DNA of 62,516 bases, counting the filler, from Globobulimina sp. (taxonomy: Eukaryota): the NCBI GenBank assembly GCA_003354225.1. It is 27 parts of 27 records of this genome, joined end to end, with 100 filler letters (N's around TTAATTAATTAA, not from the genome) between each part and the next. Parts side by side here need not be neighbours in the genome. Positions count along the whole stretch, not along the records: positions 11,601 to 13,820 come from PIVH01008103.1; positions 13,921 to 16,140 come from PIVH01008104.1; positions 16,241 to 18,460 come from PIVH01008105.1; positions 18,561 to 20,780 come from PIVH01008106.1; positions 20,881 to 23,100 come from PIVH01008107.1; positions 23,201 to 25,420 come from PIVH01008108.1; 21 more parts are not named here. One strand, 5' to 3'. The translations under genes and the position numbers were made by a program. The notes below the pieces were generated by a model, which saw nothing but the letters and a program-made list of their open reading frames with translations, ran no database searches and was not told the DNA's origin. Positions 11,741 through 24,233 of the stretch are shown here, in pieces. Positions within the stretch are counted from its first letter, which is position 1. The number at the start of each line of letters is the position of its first letter.

Positions 11741-13427
11741 ATGGTCATCATCTTATACTTAATTTATTTATGTTGGCATAATTTAGCTGCTATTGAGTGC
11801 TCTATTGCATTTTCGTCGACCTCAACACCAAGTGATCCACGCTTATTATCTGGTTACAACAATTATTGGCCTAATACAAATTTGACATTTTCTGATAAGG
11901 CAATCCTATTAAGCGCCCGCAAATTGTATCCAGGAGCTTTTAGATATCCAGGGGGAACAGGTATTCTTTTTTTTTGATATCCTTTAAATATACTAAGTAA
12001 CACAACACAGTTGCAAATTATTGGAACATTGAGGATGCAAACTATGTACAGCCGTGCAACACTTCTCATTATAATTATTGCATACAACAACAAATCATTA
12101 ATGCACTTCAAAATCAACAATTCTCACCGTACCATTTCGCACAGGGCATAGCAGGCACAGCCACATTATCTGAAATTAACGCACATTCAATTGTATATGA
12201 TTTGAATTTATTAACGTTATCTGGAAACGCATTGTTGTCGCAATTGGATACATTAGAAGACGAGATTGGTGCTGCAAATGTTAAATATTTTGAACTAGGC
12301 AATGAATATTACATCCATAACCAATACAGCTGGGAGTTTCCAAATGTTACTGCTTATATCAACAAAGCATTGCCATTAATTAAACAAGGTATGTTATGAC
12401 AGAAACGATTAACGAATATCATGCAGCATGCACATAATATGTGTTTCCAGCCCGTTTACAGTTTACCAATGGTAAGATTGCAGGCGTTGGGGAAGCTACA
12501 TTGGTGGGGGACGATAGTCCATGGAACAATGGATTAGCAAAATACAAACAATATATTGATGCAGTTACGTTTCATGATTATAGTTTGACAGAGAAAATGA
12601 TAGCAAATCTGTCGGAAAGTCAACAGAAAAGTTTCATTTCCATTTATGGAGCATCGGTCATCCCTCAGTATGTAGAATATGTCATAGATGAATTTGGCAA
12701 TGGTAAAACTCTTTGGATGACAGAATATAATATGGCAATTCGTACTGCTTCGCTTAGTTTCAGCGTTTTACACGCAATGTATGGATTGAGTTATATTATT
12801 GCATCAGTCTGCAATTCTAAAAAGGTGATGGAATTTCTGATGTTTAATGAGTATTCGATACAACGCAGCGCTTCTGACTATGGATATGATTCTGTTTCAT
12901 TCGATCCATTGGCAGCAAATGATGACAATGAGGTTATGTTTAATGTGGTTGGACAAATATTTGCGCAGTTTAGTTATATTTCGATGGTCAGTAATGATAA
13001 AATGCATTGTTTGGAGGTTACGAATGGAGCGAATGAGACATGCCCAACATTGAAACTTAGTGTTGCTGGCACAAAGAATTTAAAATGTGTGAATGGTATC
13101 GGCTTTACTTGTTCTGCTAACAATATTAGATTTGGTTTTGTTTTATCGAATTCATGTGATCAACGGGTAGATATTGCGCTGGATATGACCACAGTTGTTG
13201 CAAATATTAATTTAAATATTCAATTGGATGTATGGAGGTATGCGCATTGGCAAAATGGTGGCAATTCAGGCTACTTTGCAAAATGTCAAAGCAAGGAAAT
13301 ATGGGATGATTCTTGTGCTGCCGTGAAAGCCGATAAAACTAGAATGACGGTGGGTGTTGGCGCAAAAATGTTGAATATGGTTGTTGACCCGTTATCTGTT
13401 GTTATGGCAAATGTGCCATTCCTGTAA
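11741..13427 (+). CDS. Secreted clan GH-A glycoside hydrolase (GH79/GH51-like)
   Basis: Signal peptide; FRYPGGT|VANYWN across intron 11961-12010; ELGNE acid/base; intron 12389-12450; LWMTEYN nucleophile. Confidence 0.85.
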
Positions 13428-13920
13428 TCTTTCACGGTTTTTGAGTCTAACGTTAACAGAATGCTTAAGGAAGTAACTGAAGTTAAACAATGATTATATC
13501 AGTCAAATGAATCAATACTATTCGATAGTAAAGCTCTTACCCGATCTATTCATATTTTGTGCAGCAGAATAATACTTATATTGATTGGATTTAATTTTTG
13601 TGTGTTTTCCTTTTACTGATTGTTTAATTGAATTGGTTATTATTTTTGTCCATTCATTTTCTTTACAAAATATTTCTAAAATCCAGTCTGTGATATTGTT
13701 ATAAACGTTGCATGGCGATATCGATGAATAGAAATTCGTTTTTAAACTAAGATAATCCTCACAAATATCCATTTGTTTTTTAATATTTTCTCTATTATTT
13801 TCTATTTGTTTTTTAATACTNNNNNNNNNNNNNNNNNNNNNNNNNNNNNNNNNNNNNNNNNNNNTTAATTAATTAANNNNNNNNNNNNNNNNNNNNNNNN
13901 NNNNNNNNNNNNNNNNNNNN

Positions 13921-15244
13921 TACCGAGAGTGGTACCATGTTTATCGAAATATATTTTTTGATAAATATTGTTATACAAAAACAGCGTTGGCGCCCAAAGT
14001 TTCGATGATTTGTCGTTTCTGGGAGCTCTCGATGTCATTGTATATGAATAAGGAATTTGTTGCTGAACAAATAGATTGAACATATAAACAAAAATAACAA
14101 TCACAATGAATCTCAAATATCTTTTCAAATACAAAAATAATGTTTGTCCAATATAATTACATTTAATTTTGCTCCCAAAAAAACGACTTGTTTTCCATCT
14201 TTCCAATAGTTTAATAATTGAAAAAGTGGCAAAGAATCCAGAAAGCCAAAAAAAAGCTGATCGATATAAAATATATACAGTACTTATAACAATATATAAA
14301 TAATTTAACTTAACTCAGGATAGCAACCAGATTATTAATTAAATTGTATACAAATGTTGAGGGTATAAAATGATGCCAATTATTTGTAAACATATCATCT
14401 GAATCCAAACGAGGATAGAAATATTGCAAAGTACCCGACAAATCGCCAAATGAGTATTGCTGTCTCATTGGAATTCCTGATCCGCGTAAATGAAAAATTA
14501 AGATCCAATATGCAGATATTACACGAATGCCATCGCAAAAAACAAATTGAGATTTCAACGGGGATCTTGTTTTAATGAACGACTTCCAATTATTTTGCAG
14601 ACAAAACGAATCCACAAAAATATTGCTATCATTGTCATCAATTCCAGCTTCGTTATGTTTGATGATTGTACTTATTGTGACAAATAACAATAAGAAAAGC
14701 ATGAAAGCCACAAAAATACAGAATCCGGCACTAAATTCTCTGTCTAATCTTTTACAAATAATATGATCAATGCCATGGCCATCAAGCATCGATATCGATT
14801 CATTATAGATTTGAAAACATGGGATATTTGCCGTTAATACTTTTATGGCGTCATCGTCTTTGCAATGAGAAGGAATGCAGCATCCATGCATAACTGGGCC
14901 GCTTTTGATATTACAATATGTTCCTAAAGAATATGCGCATAAATCCGGTTGAACATTGGGATAAAATTCATGAGGATAAGCACTCAGCGAATACCATCTT
15001 AATGTTTGATTCAACAATGTTTCGTTCACATCGGTAATGGATATATTTGTTCCTGATATCATATGCGTGATGTTTGAATATTCCTTTTCAATGAAATTGT
15101 GGTATAAATTAATATCATTATAATATGAGCATTCTGCAGCGCATTCAGTATCGCTTAGATTGAGAGATATACAATCTGATAATGATGAAAATACATAGTT
15201 AAATTGGCTTGTACCAAAAACAACAACCAAACACTTTTGGGCAT
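13921..15244 (-). CDS. Acyltransferase-3 / NRF-6-like membrane O-acyltransferase (partial)
   Basis: Cys-rich NRF-like region (GCCIPSHC), TM helix, DSFCLQNNW, DGIRVISAYWILIFH, then FFWLSGFF after an intron; exact start unresolved. Confidence 0.8.
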
Positions 15245-15288
15245 CAAGTATTTTTTTATTTTGACTTCTTGACTTTATGTTTGACAGC

Positions 15289-16140
15289 ATGGCAGAAGAA
15301 AAAAAAGAGCTAATACACCATTTACACGCTGATAATGCAGATGAAGACAATGAATACGAGCCAGCCCTATCATTCATCAGTGACCTCGGCGATGACGAGC
15401 ATGAAACGAAAGATTGTTGGCTATCAACGACAATCCAATTGAATGCCATATCAATGGTAGATCAAACATTTGACATCAAGTGCATTTTCCATATATTTTG
15501 GATTGATGCAGATTTGACTCAATCCAGCTTAGATACAATGGATTTATTTCGCGAAGGCAAAATAAACACAGGCTATGAATTACCGTTAGATGCCACCTCT
15601 TTATTTTTCAACGCATCGCAAGTTGATCATATCAGCGACCCAGTGATCGAAATCTATGACGTAAAGCAAAACGTATTGCATTTAAAACTAAACGTTCAAG
15701 TCTCATTGCATGAACATTTCGAGCTTGCACAGTTTCCGTTCGATTCACAGTTTTTAAATATAAAAATATTATATAATGTAACGCATTACAACGTATTATC
15801 TATATTTCCCCAAAAATGGATCAAAACAATCGAGACTGGCGGATCCGGTGTGTTCTATGTCAATGTCTGTGCCGTTCAGTTATGAAAAACATCATTTTTT
15901 AATTATATATAAATTTCAACATAACGCTTGATACAAAAGGCCATTATGAGCGTCCATTGCAAATAACAAAGATGGATAGTTTGACGAGTTGGAATATGTT
16001 GGCGCCATGGTTTGATTTCCGAAGTACTCGCAATCGGTATCCATACAACACAAATTTTAACGAAGGCAAAGAAGATTTATTTTATACAAATGAGGAATAT
16101 TACCGCTTTAAATTTGCCATTATAGGGTTGCGCTTGCAAA
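15289..16140 (+). CDS. Cys-less pentameric ligand-gated ion channel-like protein (partial)
   Basis: ISMVDQTFDIKCIFHIFWID and FELAQFPFDSQFLNI (Pro-loop); intron near 15860-15940. Confidence 0.7.
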
Positions 16141-16240
16141 NNNNNNNNNNNNNNNNNNNNNNNNNNNNNNNNNNNNNNNNNNNNTTAATTAATTAANNNN
16201 NNNNNNNNNNNNNNNNNNNNNNNNNNNNNNNNNNNNNNNN

Positions 16241-17343
16241 CAAAATCAAAATTAAAATAATACTCAAAAAACGACACTGCCAATTCCAGCAAGTTTTGTT
16301 TGTTTGCTTTGAATTTGCGAATCGAATGTCGTTCAATGATTTTCTTTTTATTCTCATCATAATCCATGACAGGAATAATTGGCTCGGGCAGTAACTGCAA
16401 AAATTTCGTGGCTAACATGACAAAACCAAACGAGTTTGGAAAACCATGCACCGCATCGGAAATATGTCGTATTTTGCTCCATTGCTTAATCAACATATAA
16501 AACAGCGGGATTTTGGGCGAATTGTTGTAAGCGCAGTAAAAATTCAATAGTTTGTTGATGGGCATTTGCGTGCTGCGGATGCTAATATCCACACAAAGGC
16601 CGCGTTTGAAATTGGCGTCTCGCAATTTAATAATTGGCACTCGAGCATGCAAAATCGGTTCGATCTTCCATTTAAAGCCTGCTCTGTGACACTTGCTGCT
16701 GTATACTTGCAGTCTGGCTTTGAACTCTCGCAATAATTTGACTTGACGGGAGCTGTCCAGATGAGCATTGACGGACTGGTCTGCAATGAAGAAAAAGTGG
16801 CCACGGTGTTAAGAGCTGTGCGCAAGGATGGAATGTATTTATTTTTTAACTATAAATGCCAGCGGGAAGAGCCAAATCGATGTCAGATGCAATGCCGTCG
16901 AGGCCGAAGGCAATGGAACCAAAGATTATCACCGATGGGATGATTATTTTGCGGATAATGGGACCGCTCTCATATTCACGGATTATTATTACTTTTTGCT
17001 GTGCTTCGATGGGTGTGCACCAAATGGTTTTTGTTTCGTTGTTAGCGAATGTCATGTCTTTTTTGTATGGATTGCATTTCTTATTTTCGATGGTTTCGAT
17101 TTCTACGACGGTTTGGTCAGTAATGATGGAGGCGTATTTGGAGTGCGATTTGTTGATCATGGCGTTTTCTTCTTTTTCGATGAGGTACGTTTGCCAGATC
17201 TCGTTTATTAACGATAACACGTTGTAGCGCATTAAACATTCATCGTAGCCTGCTCGAGTTGAAGAGAATAATTCATATGCTTTTGAATTGAATGTTGTTG
17301 TTTTTCCCTGACTCACGTAAATGCTTATTGGTGTTTCCTCCAT
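16241..17343 (-). CDS. Cid1/TENT-family terminal nucleotidyltransferase (partial)
   Basis: FGSIAFGLDGIASDIDL, ARVPIIKL, VDISI, IKQWSK, NSFGFVML; intron near 16798-16858. Confidence 0.9.
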
Positions 17344-17423
17344 TGACCGATCTGAAGTTTGGTGGTAAGGATCTAGAATTAAGTAAAGTTTTTTTTGAGG
17401 TAAGTACAGCAAGAACACATATA

Positions 17424-18330
17424 ATGGGCAATGCTGCGAGTCAGAACAATACGAAAATTCATTCTAATCCAAAAAATACAACAAAACCTCCCAGTGCGTC
17501 CAACATGGAACACGAGACAACAAAACAGACAACAAAACAGAAAAAGAAATCATTGCATGAACAGAAGCAAATATATGAATATATTGATAATAAAATTGTT
17601 AAAATGAACACGCCGGGCTATACATTTCAAATTGGAGATAAAATCGACGCCAGAGATAGAAAGGGAATATGGCGACAATGTACAATATCAGACATTACAC
17701 AAAGTAAATCGGACCAAAATATTTATGGTTTTCTCAAAGTTATTGTTATAAATAGTAGCATGATGATGAAAATTGGAGTTAATTAAATATCTATATTCTA
17801 ATATTAATTGCCGCAGTCATATAAAATATATATTGAATGCAAAAGGTAACTCGACTAAATATATGTTTTTGCAGTGAATATTGTCTCATATATAACCCGA
17901 TAGCATTGAAATGGTCCAATCATATGTTTGCTGCTCCAAACACACAAAGCAAACACTGCAATTCCAAGGAATTACACATCTCTTTACATAGCGTAAACAC
18001 TTCGAGTTCTACAAATAATATAATTATATAATATTACACGGAACTTACATTATAAATTTACATTGATTGTGTTTGGATTTATGCGGCAACATTATGAAGA
18101 ATTATACAATAAATCAATTCCGATGGATATCAAGCAGCTTATATATATATTTTGGGAGTTTTGGAGTCAGTTAAAAGAAAGGGATGGACTGCGGATAAAG
18201 AGTGGTGATGGGACATGGCAGGGAGCAGTGGTTAAAAGTAAACGGATACTTAGAAATAGCATACGTTTAAAGTTTGCGTATTGTCCAATTAAATGTATTG
18301 AAAGTTGTCGATTATATGGATCATTTGAAA
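17424..18330 (+). CDS. Myristoylation-motif protein with Tudor/Agenet-like modules (spliced; cut by chimeric junction)
   Basis: MGNAAS start; FQIGDKIDARDRKGIWRQCTI; a second similar module LRIKSGDGTWQGAVV. Confidence 0.55.
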
Positions 18331-18460
18331 GATCGGTCCTTTTTACCGGCAACTGCGCCCAGAGCGACCTCGGCCATTTTTTCCGACAGATCTTTTGCGC
18401 CGGCATCCCATTTAATGGAAATCGCCCCGTGTGGGCAAACGCCGAGGCATTCACCGCAAC
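18331..18460 (-). CDS. Fragment of a bacterial DUF362 / 4Fe-4S ferredoxin protein
   Basis: Minus-strand translation CGECLGVCPHGAISIKWDAGAKDLSEKMAEVALGAVAGKKDR; abrupt GC rise at 18331. Confidence 0.75.
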
Positions 18461-19044
18461 NNNNNNNNNNNNNNNNNNNNNNNNNNNNNNNNNNNNNNNN
18501 NNNNTTAATTAATTAANNNNNNNNNNNNNNNNNNNNNNNNNNNNNNNNNNNNNNNNNNNNGAGCCTTCAAAGAAATTGCCGCCATCTAATTTTTTTTCTA
18601 CTGACCATGAAGCACATATTGAAGGCAAGAATATTAAAAGCAAAAACATGGTTTTTGGAAGTTTTCTCACTAAAGTTCAATATCTTCCTCGTCTGCTTCC
18701 AAATGTCATAGTATCTTCCTCGTCTTCCTCTTCAATATCTTCCTCACTAAAGTTCAATGTCAAAGTCATTAATATTTGTCAAAATTGATGATAAATTCCA
18801 TTCACATTTACCTTTCCATGTTAATATTATGAATATAAAATTTGTGATTCAATAGCTCAATATGGACAAACATCATTTTTATGGACAAATAGCTCAATAT
18901 TGGCAGAATAAACAAATGTATTTATTATCTCAAGAGAAGTGGATAGTATAAATATTTGTTTTACATTCCCAAATTATCGGAATTTTATAAATTAAATTAA
19001 ATAAAATTATAAAAAAAAAATGGCTGAAGCTTTATATATAATAA

Positions 19045-20410
19045 TTATTTGTGTGTGGTTGCAAACCCAACAGAATTATTAGCAACATCAAAAACTGTAT
19101 AATAATCTCTCATAAACACATCTCCCAATATCCAAAAAGGACCATCATCCAATACAGGAATATCCATTCCAATAATTCCTAATAAACAAACACAATATAC
19201 TTTGAATTCGCACACTTTAATTTTATAGGTTTCTCCAGATACTACAAACGCTTTTGATGTCTTATTTGAACCTAAAACAAACGTAATATCAGGTAATGTT
19301 TGTGAGCAATCAACTTCGTATTCACCTGACCGAACATATGTAGCATCCACCATTTGTGCAATAGCTGCCACCTCTTTTGTTGGTCCAACTAATGTGCTCG
19401 TACCACTATCAATCACTTTGTTGTTTTTTTGAATAAAAATTAATCAAATTTAAATTCGAAACAGTACCTGCTTTTGCCACATTTGTAACTGATCTGCCAT
19501 CAATAGTTGCGTTTAGTTGTTGTACCATCCAATATGTTTTATGAATAACTGGTGTATAATATAAAGATCCTGTATAATGAGCTGGATCTATACCACCTAA
19601 TAACAATTCACCATCCTTTGCAGCGTCAGATTGTAAGTAAAAAGAAAATACATTTGATGCTAATTTCCCATCTCGAGCAAACTGTATAAATGGCGGAGTT
19701 ACACCATCCACAGATATGGACTGAAATGCTAATCCAAAAATGCCGTCAAATTTAGCTCGTTTAAATGTAATTCCTGAGACGGAAAAAAGAAAACAATATT
19801 AAAATTAAAATATTATATATATGTACCTGGCTCATTTGTAGCTTCAGCAAATGTCACCTGGTCATTTAAACCACCAACAAACAGCATATCCGAAGATAAA
19901 AAACCTGATAAGGAACCACTACCATATCTTATTTCAAATTCTGTGCCATTTGCAACATACGTTGATGAATCATCGCTGTTATATTTGTTATGCGAGCCAC
20001 AATTACTACATTTTTCTGACGGTACCCATAGATTTGCGCTTCCGGTGTCAAATAACGCTAAAAATGATTGTCCCGGAGTACCAATTGCAATTTCACCGTA
20101 ATATCTGAATATTTATAATTATGGAAATGAGTGTTTTAATATCAAACGGATCGAGTATTGACAGAACTGAGTGTCTTTAAAATTATATAAATCCACTCTG
20201 CCACTTGCATTAACTGTTGATGGAGCCCATTTTTGTCTGTTTAGTTGAATACACATTAAATACAATTGATTTATTGGTTTGGGATTCATATTCATACTTT
20301 AAATTTCTTCGATTATTCATAAATGTAGTTTGATGTAAACCAATTCTTTCATAATTCTCGGAAACAACGGCAATAAAAAATAGGATAGTAATGACTAAAA
20401 TAGTAAACAT
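19045..20410 (-). CDS. Cathepsin D-like A1 aspartic protease (several introns)
   Basis: Signal peptide, [38 protein letters not shown]. Confidence 0.95.
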
Positions 20411-20488
20411 TGATGGTTGTAGTGATAGGAAGAGGAGAGGATGCGAATAAAGTCTTGTCTCTTTTTATTTAAAACTTACTTGATTAAG

Positions 20489-20780
20489 ATGTCTCAACCA
20501 GTTCCAGTATTTCCGAACGTCGGTGTTATTGAGTATGTAATTAATGTGTCATTTATTCATACAATTTTTAAAAGATAATAATTTGTGTTACAGTGCAAAT
20601 TACATAAAAGATAATAATCTGCTGAAAAGTACATATAATTATAAATCCATTCTAATCAATGAAAAGTTCAAAATAGAAACGCGTACTTTGCCGAATGATT
20701 TTCATTTTGAGGATAAAAATTTGCAATTACTGTTAAAAAAAACCGACATTAAAGCCAATGAATACGAGGGAGGACTAAAA
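20489..20780 (+). CDS. Hpm1/METTL18-like histidine methyltransferase, 5' part
   Basis: TDIKANEYEGGLK matches the family D...YEGGLK motif; intron near 20533-20593. Confidence 0.65.
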
Positions 20781-20880
20781 NNNNNNNNNNNNNNNNNNNN
20801 NNNNNNNNNNNNNNNNNNNNNNNNTTAATTAATTAANNNNNNNNNNNNNNNNNNNNNNNNNNNNNNNNNNNNNNNNNNNN

Positions 20881-23013
20881 AACTAAAAAGAAAATAAATA
20901 GGAGGATTATCATCATTGTTAATCTACGTTTTATATTCTGTACATTCATACCTTGAATACCATAAAATTCATCGTGATAATTAATTTTTAGCAATGAATA
21001 TTTTAAAAGTTCTTTATATACTCCAAAATTAGGTGGTATACATACTAATTGTTTCATGTTATAATTATTAACATCTTCAATGTCATTAACAGCATTAATA
21101 TCATCATCAATATCTATTTGGTGCTCATCTACATCCATATAATCATCATCATCGATTATTGTGGGTAATAAATATGAATATTTTTTATATAACTTATTAT
21201 TATTTGGATCATTAAATAAATTTTTTGTTTTTGAATGTAATTTAATTTCTCCATTTTCAACAATTATTATTTCATCAAAATATCTTAACAAATATAAATG
21301 AGAATTAATTGCCATTAAACATGTTTTATTATTTTCTTTGAGTAAATATTGTAAAATTCCGTTAAAAAACATATGTTTTCCAATGTAAACGTCAACATTT
21401 GATAATGTATCATCAAACAAAAATAAATCATATTCATCCTTTCGATATAATGTTCGAGCAAAACATATTCTCATTTTTTGGCCACCACTGATATTGATAC
21501 CTTCTGTACCAATAACAGTTAAATCACCATTTGGTAATTGTTTTAAATCCAAATAAATAGCAGATGCAACAATACATTTTCTATATTTTTCTTGGTTAAA
21601 TGGCAAATCCATTACAATGTTATCTCTTAATGTTGAATTTCGAATATATGCAACTTGTGAGCAATATCCGTATCCAGCCTTGTATTCATGATTATAACTC
21701 ACATTTCCTTCAATACATTCCATTTCACCTAAAATCGCTTCAATTAAAGATGTTTTGCCACTGCCGACAGTTCCAACAATGCCAATTAATTTACCTTTCT
21801 CTATTTTGAGAGAGATGTTTTTTAACCTAAATTCATGTCGATGTTGAATGTCCGCTGATGACCATTTAAACATTGCGTTGTTAATTTGGAGCATAATATC
21901 ACTGTTGTTACCGTTGCCGTTGCTGTTGCTGTTGCTGTCTCTGTTTGCTTTAATTATTGATTTTTTGTTCAAATACTTATCAATTCGTTTTGATGTAACC
22001 AATAAACATGAAAGAAAACCAATGGATACAGGCAATATTTTAGTGATTACCTGAGCGAAATAGGTGGTCATAATGAGAGCTACAATGTTGATCGGAGTGA
22101 TGTTATTATTTAAAACAAAGACATATACAATGAATACAATTAATAGCATGGATGATGGGATTAAAAAGTTTAACACCAACATAAATGACAAAAGAAAATT
22201 GGTTTTTGAAACGTATTTTAATTCATTCAATCTGTATTCATTAATTTTATCCATTAACGGCATTTCTGATGCATTGCATTTTAGGAATCTAATGCCTCCA
22301 ATTAATTGCGTGGTTAATTCAACTCTTTTATCGCAAGCATTCAATCTCGCTTTTTGATATTTGGACAGTTTAATTCCAGCAAATAACTGGAATGGAACGC
22401 CGACGAATATCATAAACAAAATGCCAAATAACGATGCAATACCAACTATTTTATACATCAAAATTGTTAATAATATTAGCAAATACATGCCTGTGGTTGT
22501 AAATGTTAATAAAAACACCAATTGATCCTGTAATGAAATTAAATCGGCGCCAATAATATTTAATAAGTGTTGTTTATTGGTTTCATTGATATTTACTGAT
22601 AACAAGTGCTGAAATAACATGTATTTTAAGCATGCAGTCACCCGATATGCCATTTGAATGCTTAACTGAATGCTGAGGGCAGTCAATAAACTTCGTATGG
22701 AAGAAGCTATAAAATATAGTATTGCGTATTTCGATAGTTTCCAAATCAAATGCATTCCCTCGGTAGTAACTGTATCATTGTTTGAATCATTGATTAGTTT
22801 AATTTGAATAAATAATGGATATAAATATGAGCGAACAATTGTAAATTCTAAATAACAAATGATTAACATTGCAAATCCAATCAATATCAACACTGAAATA
22901 ATTATATTTTTTTCTGTGTGGTAAATCATTGATAAAGTGGTCGTTGAAAGCTTTTTACGTTTTCGTGCGTTGTATATTTCCATCCATTTTTTGGATGAAT
23001 AACTTATTGTCAT
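20881..23013 (-). CDS. ABCC/MRP-type ABC transporter, TMD1-NBD1 (partial)
   Basis: GTVGSGKTS Walker A, ISGGQKMR signature, FLFDD Walker B, multiple TM helices. Confidence 0.95.
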
Positions 23014-23200
23014 TTTTTTTGGAAGTTGGGGTATATCCTCTATTTTTAATGTCTGTTTGTTGTTGCAAATCGATATTAAATTAAAAACCCAAATATGAAA
23101 NNNNNNNNNNNNNNNNNNNNNNNNNNNNNNNNNNNNNNNNNNNNTTAATTAATTAANNNNNNNNNNNNNNNNNNNNNNNNNNNNNNNNNNNNNNNNNNNN

Positions 23201-24189
23201 AGTACATCGGCACTATTATTATTTGTATGTTGTTCCATAAATTGCAAATAATTTCGATTGTTACTAAAATCCGTAAATAACTGCATCATTTTCGGGATTA
23301 TATTTTCAATGTTATCAAATTTAATGCTTTCAAATCCTGGCTCTCCATGCACTCCGTAACCCAATTCCAATATATTTGCATCCATTTCATCGGATTTTGT
23401 CTGATTTGTCCCAATCAAATGACATTTATCTGCTGCAATGCCAACGGTGCCAATGTAATTTTGATATTGTGTACATAGTGAATGTATTTCCTTTAAACTA
23501 CATCCATTTTCTGAATAATATCCGGCGATTTTATGTATAAATACACCTCCGGCGAGACCTCGTCTTCCTATACTTGGTATATTTGATCGTGGCAATGCTA
23601 TATCGTCAGACAATGATAATATTTCGCATGGAATATTGTATGAAGTGGCTACGATTTTAGCAGCGAGCGTAAAGTTAAGCACATCTCCAGAATAATTAGT
23701 GATTATTAATAATACACCTTTTGCTTCATTAGCCACTGCTAAAATAGCATGAATAATTGCCTTTTTTTTTGCATATAATGCTTGTGTTTTCTTTTATTTA
23801 TAATAATATACAAACGAATATATGCATACCTTTGTCGTCGGACTGCTGAAAATCTCGCCACAAACAGCTGCGGTTAACATTCCTTTACCTACAAAGCCAA
23901 AGAAACATGGTTCATGGCCAGAACCACCACCAGATATTAATGCTACTTTGTTTACTGATGATTTATCCCAATCACTTCGATAAACTACTTTTATTGATGG
24001 ATCATTTGTATATAAACGAGTTAAATTAGGATTGCTGTATAATTCTCCATCAATTGCATCAAATATTAATCTGTTCGTATCTTTATAGAAATGTTTTGTT
24101 GTCGGCACACCCGCGTTGTTAACATGTTGTTTTTCATCTGTTTCCATTGCGTTTATCAAGTCGGTAATAATCTTCAACGCAGTTGTCAT
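23201..24189 (-). CDS. DAK1: Dihydroxyacetone kinase / triokinase, DhaK domain (3' truncated)
   Basis: SGGGSGHEP, GEIFSSP, NYSGD, GRRGLAG, ELGYGVHGEPG; intron 23761-23829. Confidence 0.93.
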
Positions 24190-24233
24190 TGATCTGAGTA
24201 AAGAGCGAAAAAAACTTTTACAGTTTGAAAACA

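Noticed and set aside
15245-15449. N-terminal extension of ORF 14310-15449 overlapping the channel gene
   Set aside because: It is the antisense reading of the pLGIC-like 5' exon and has no family features.
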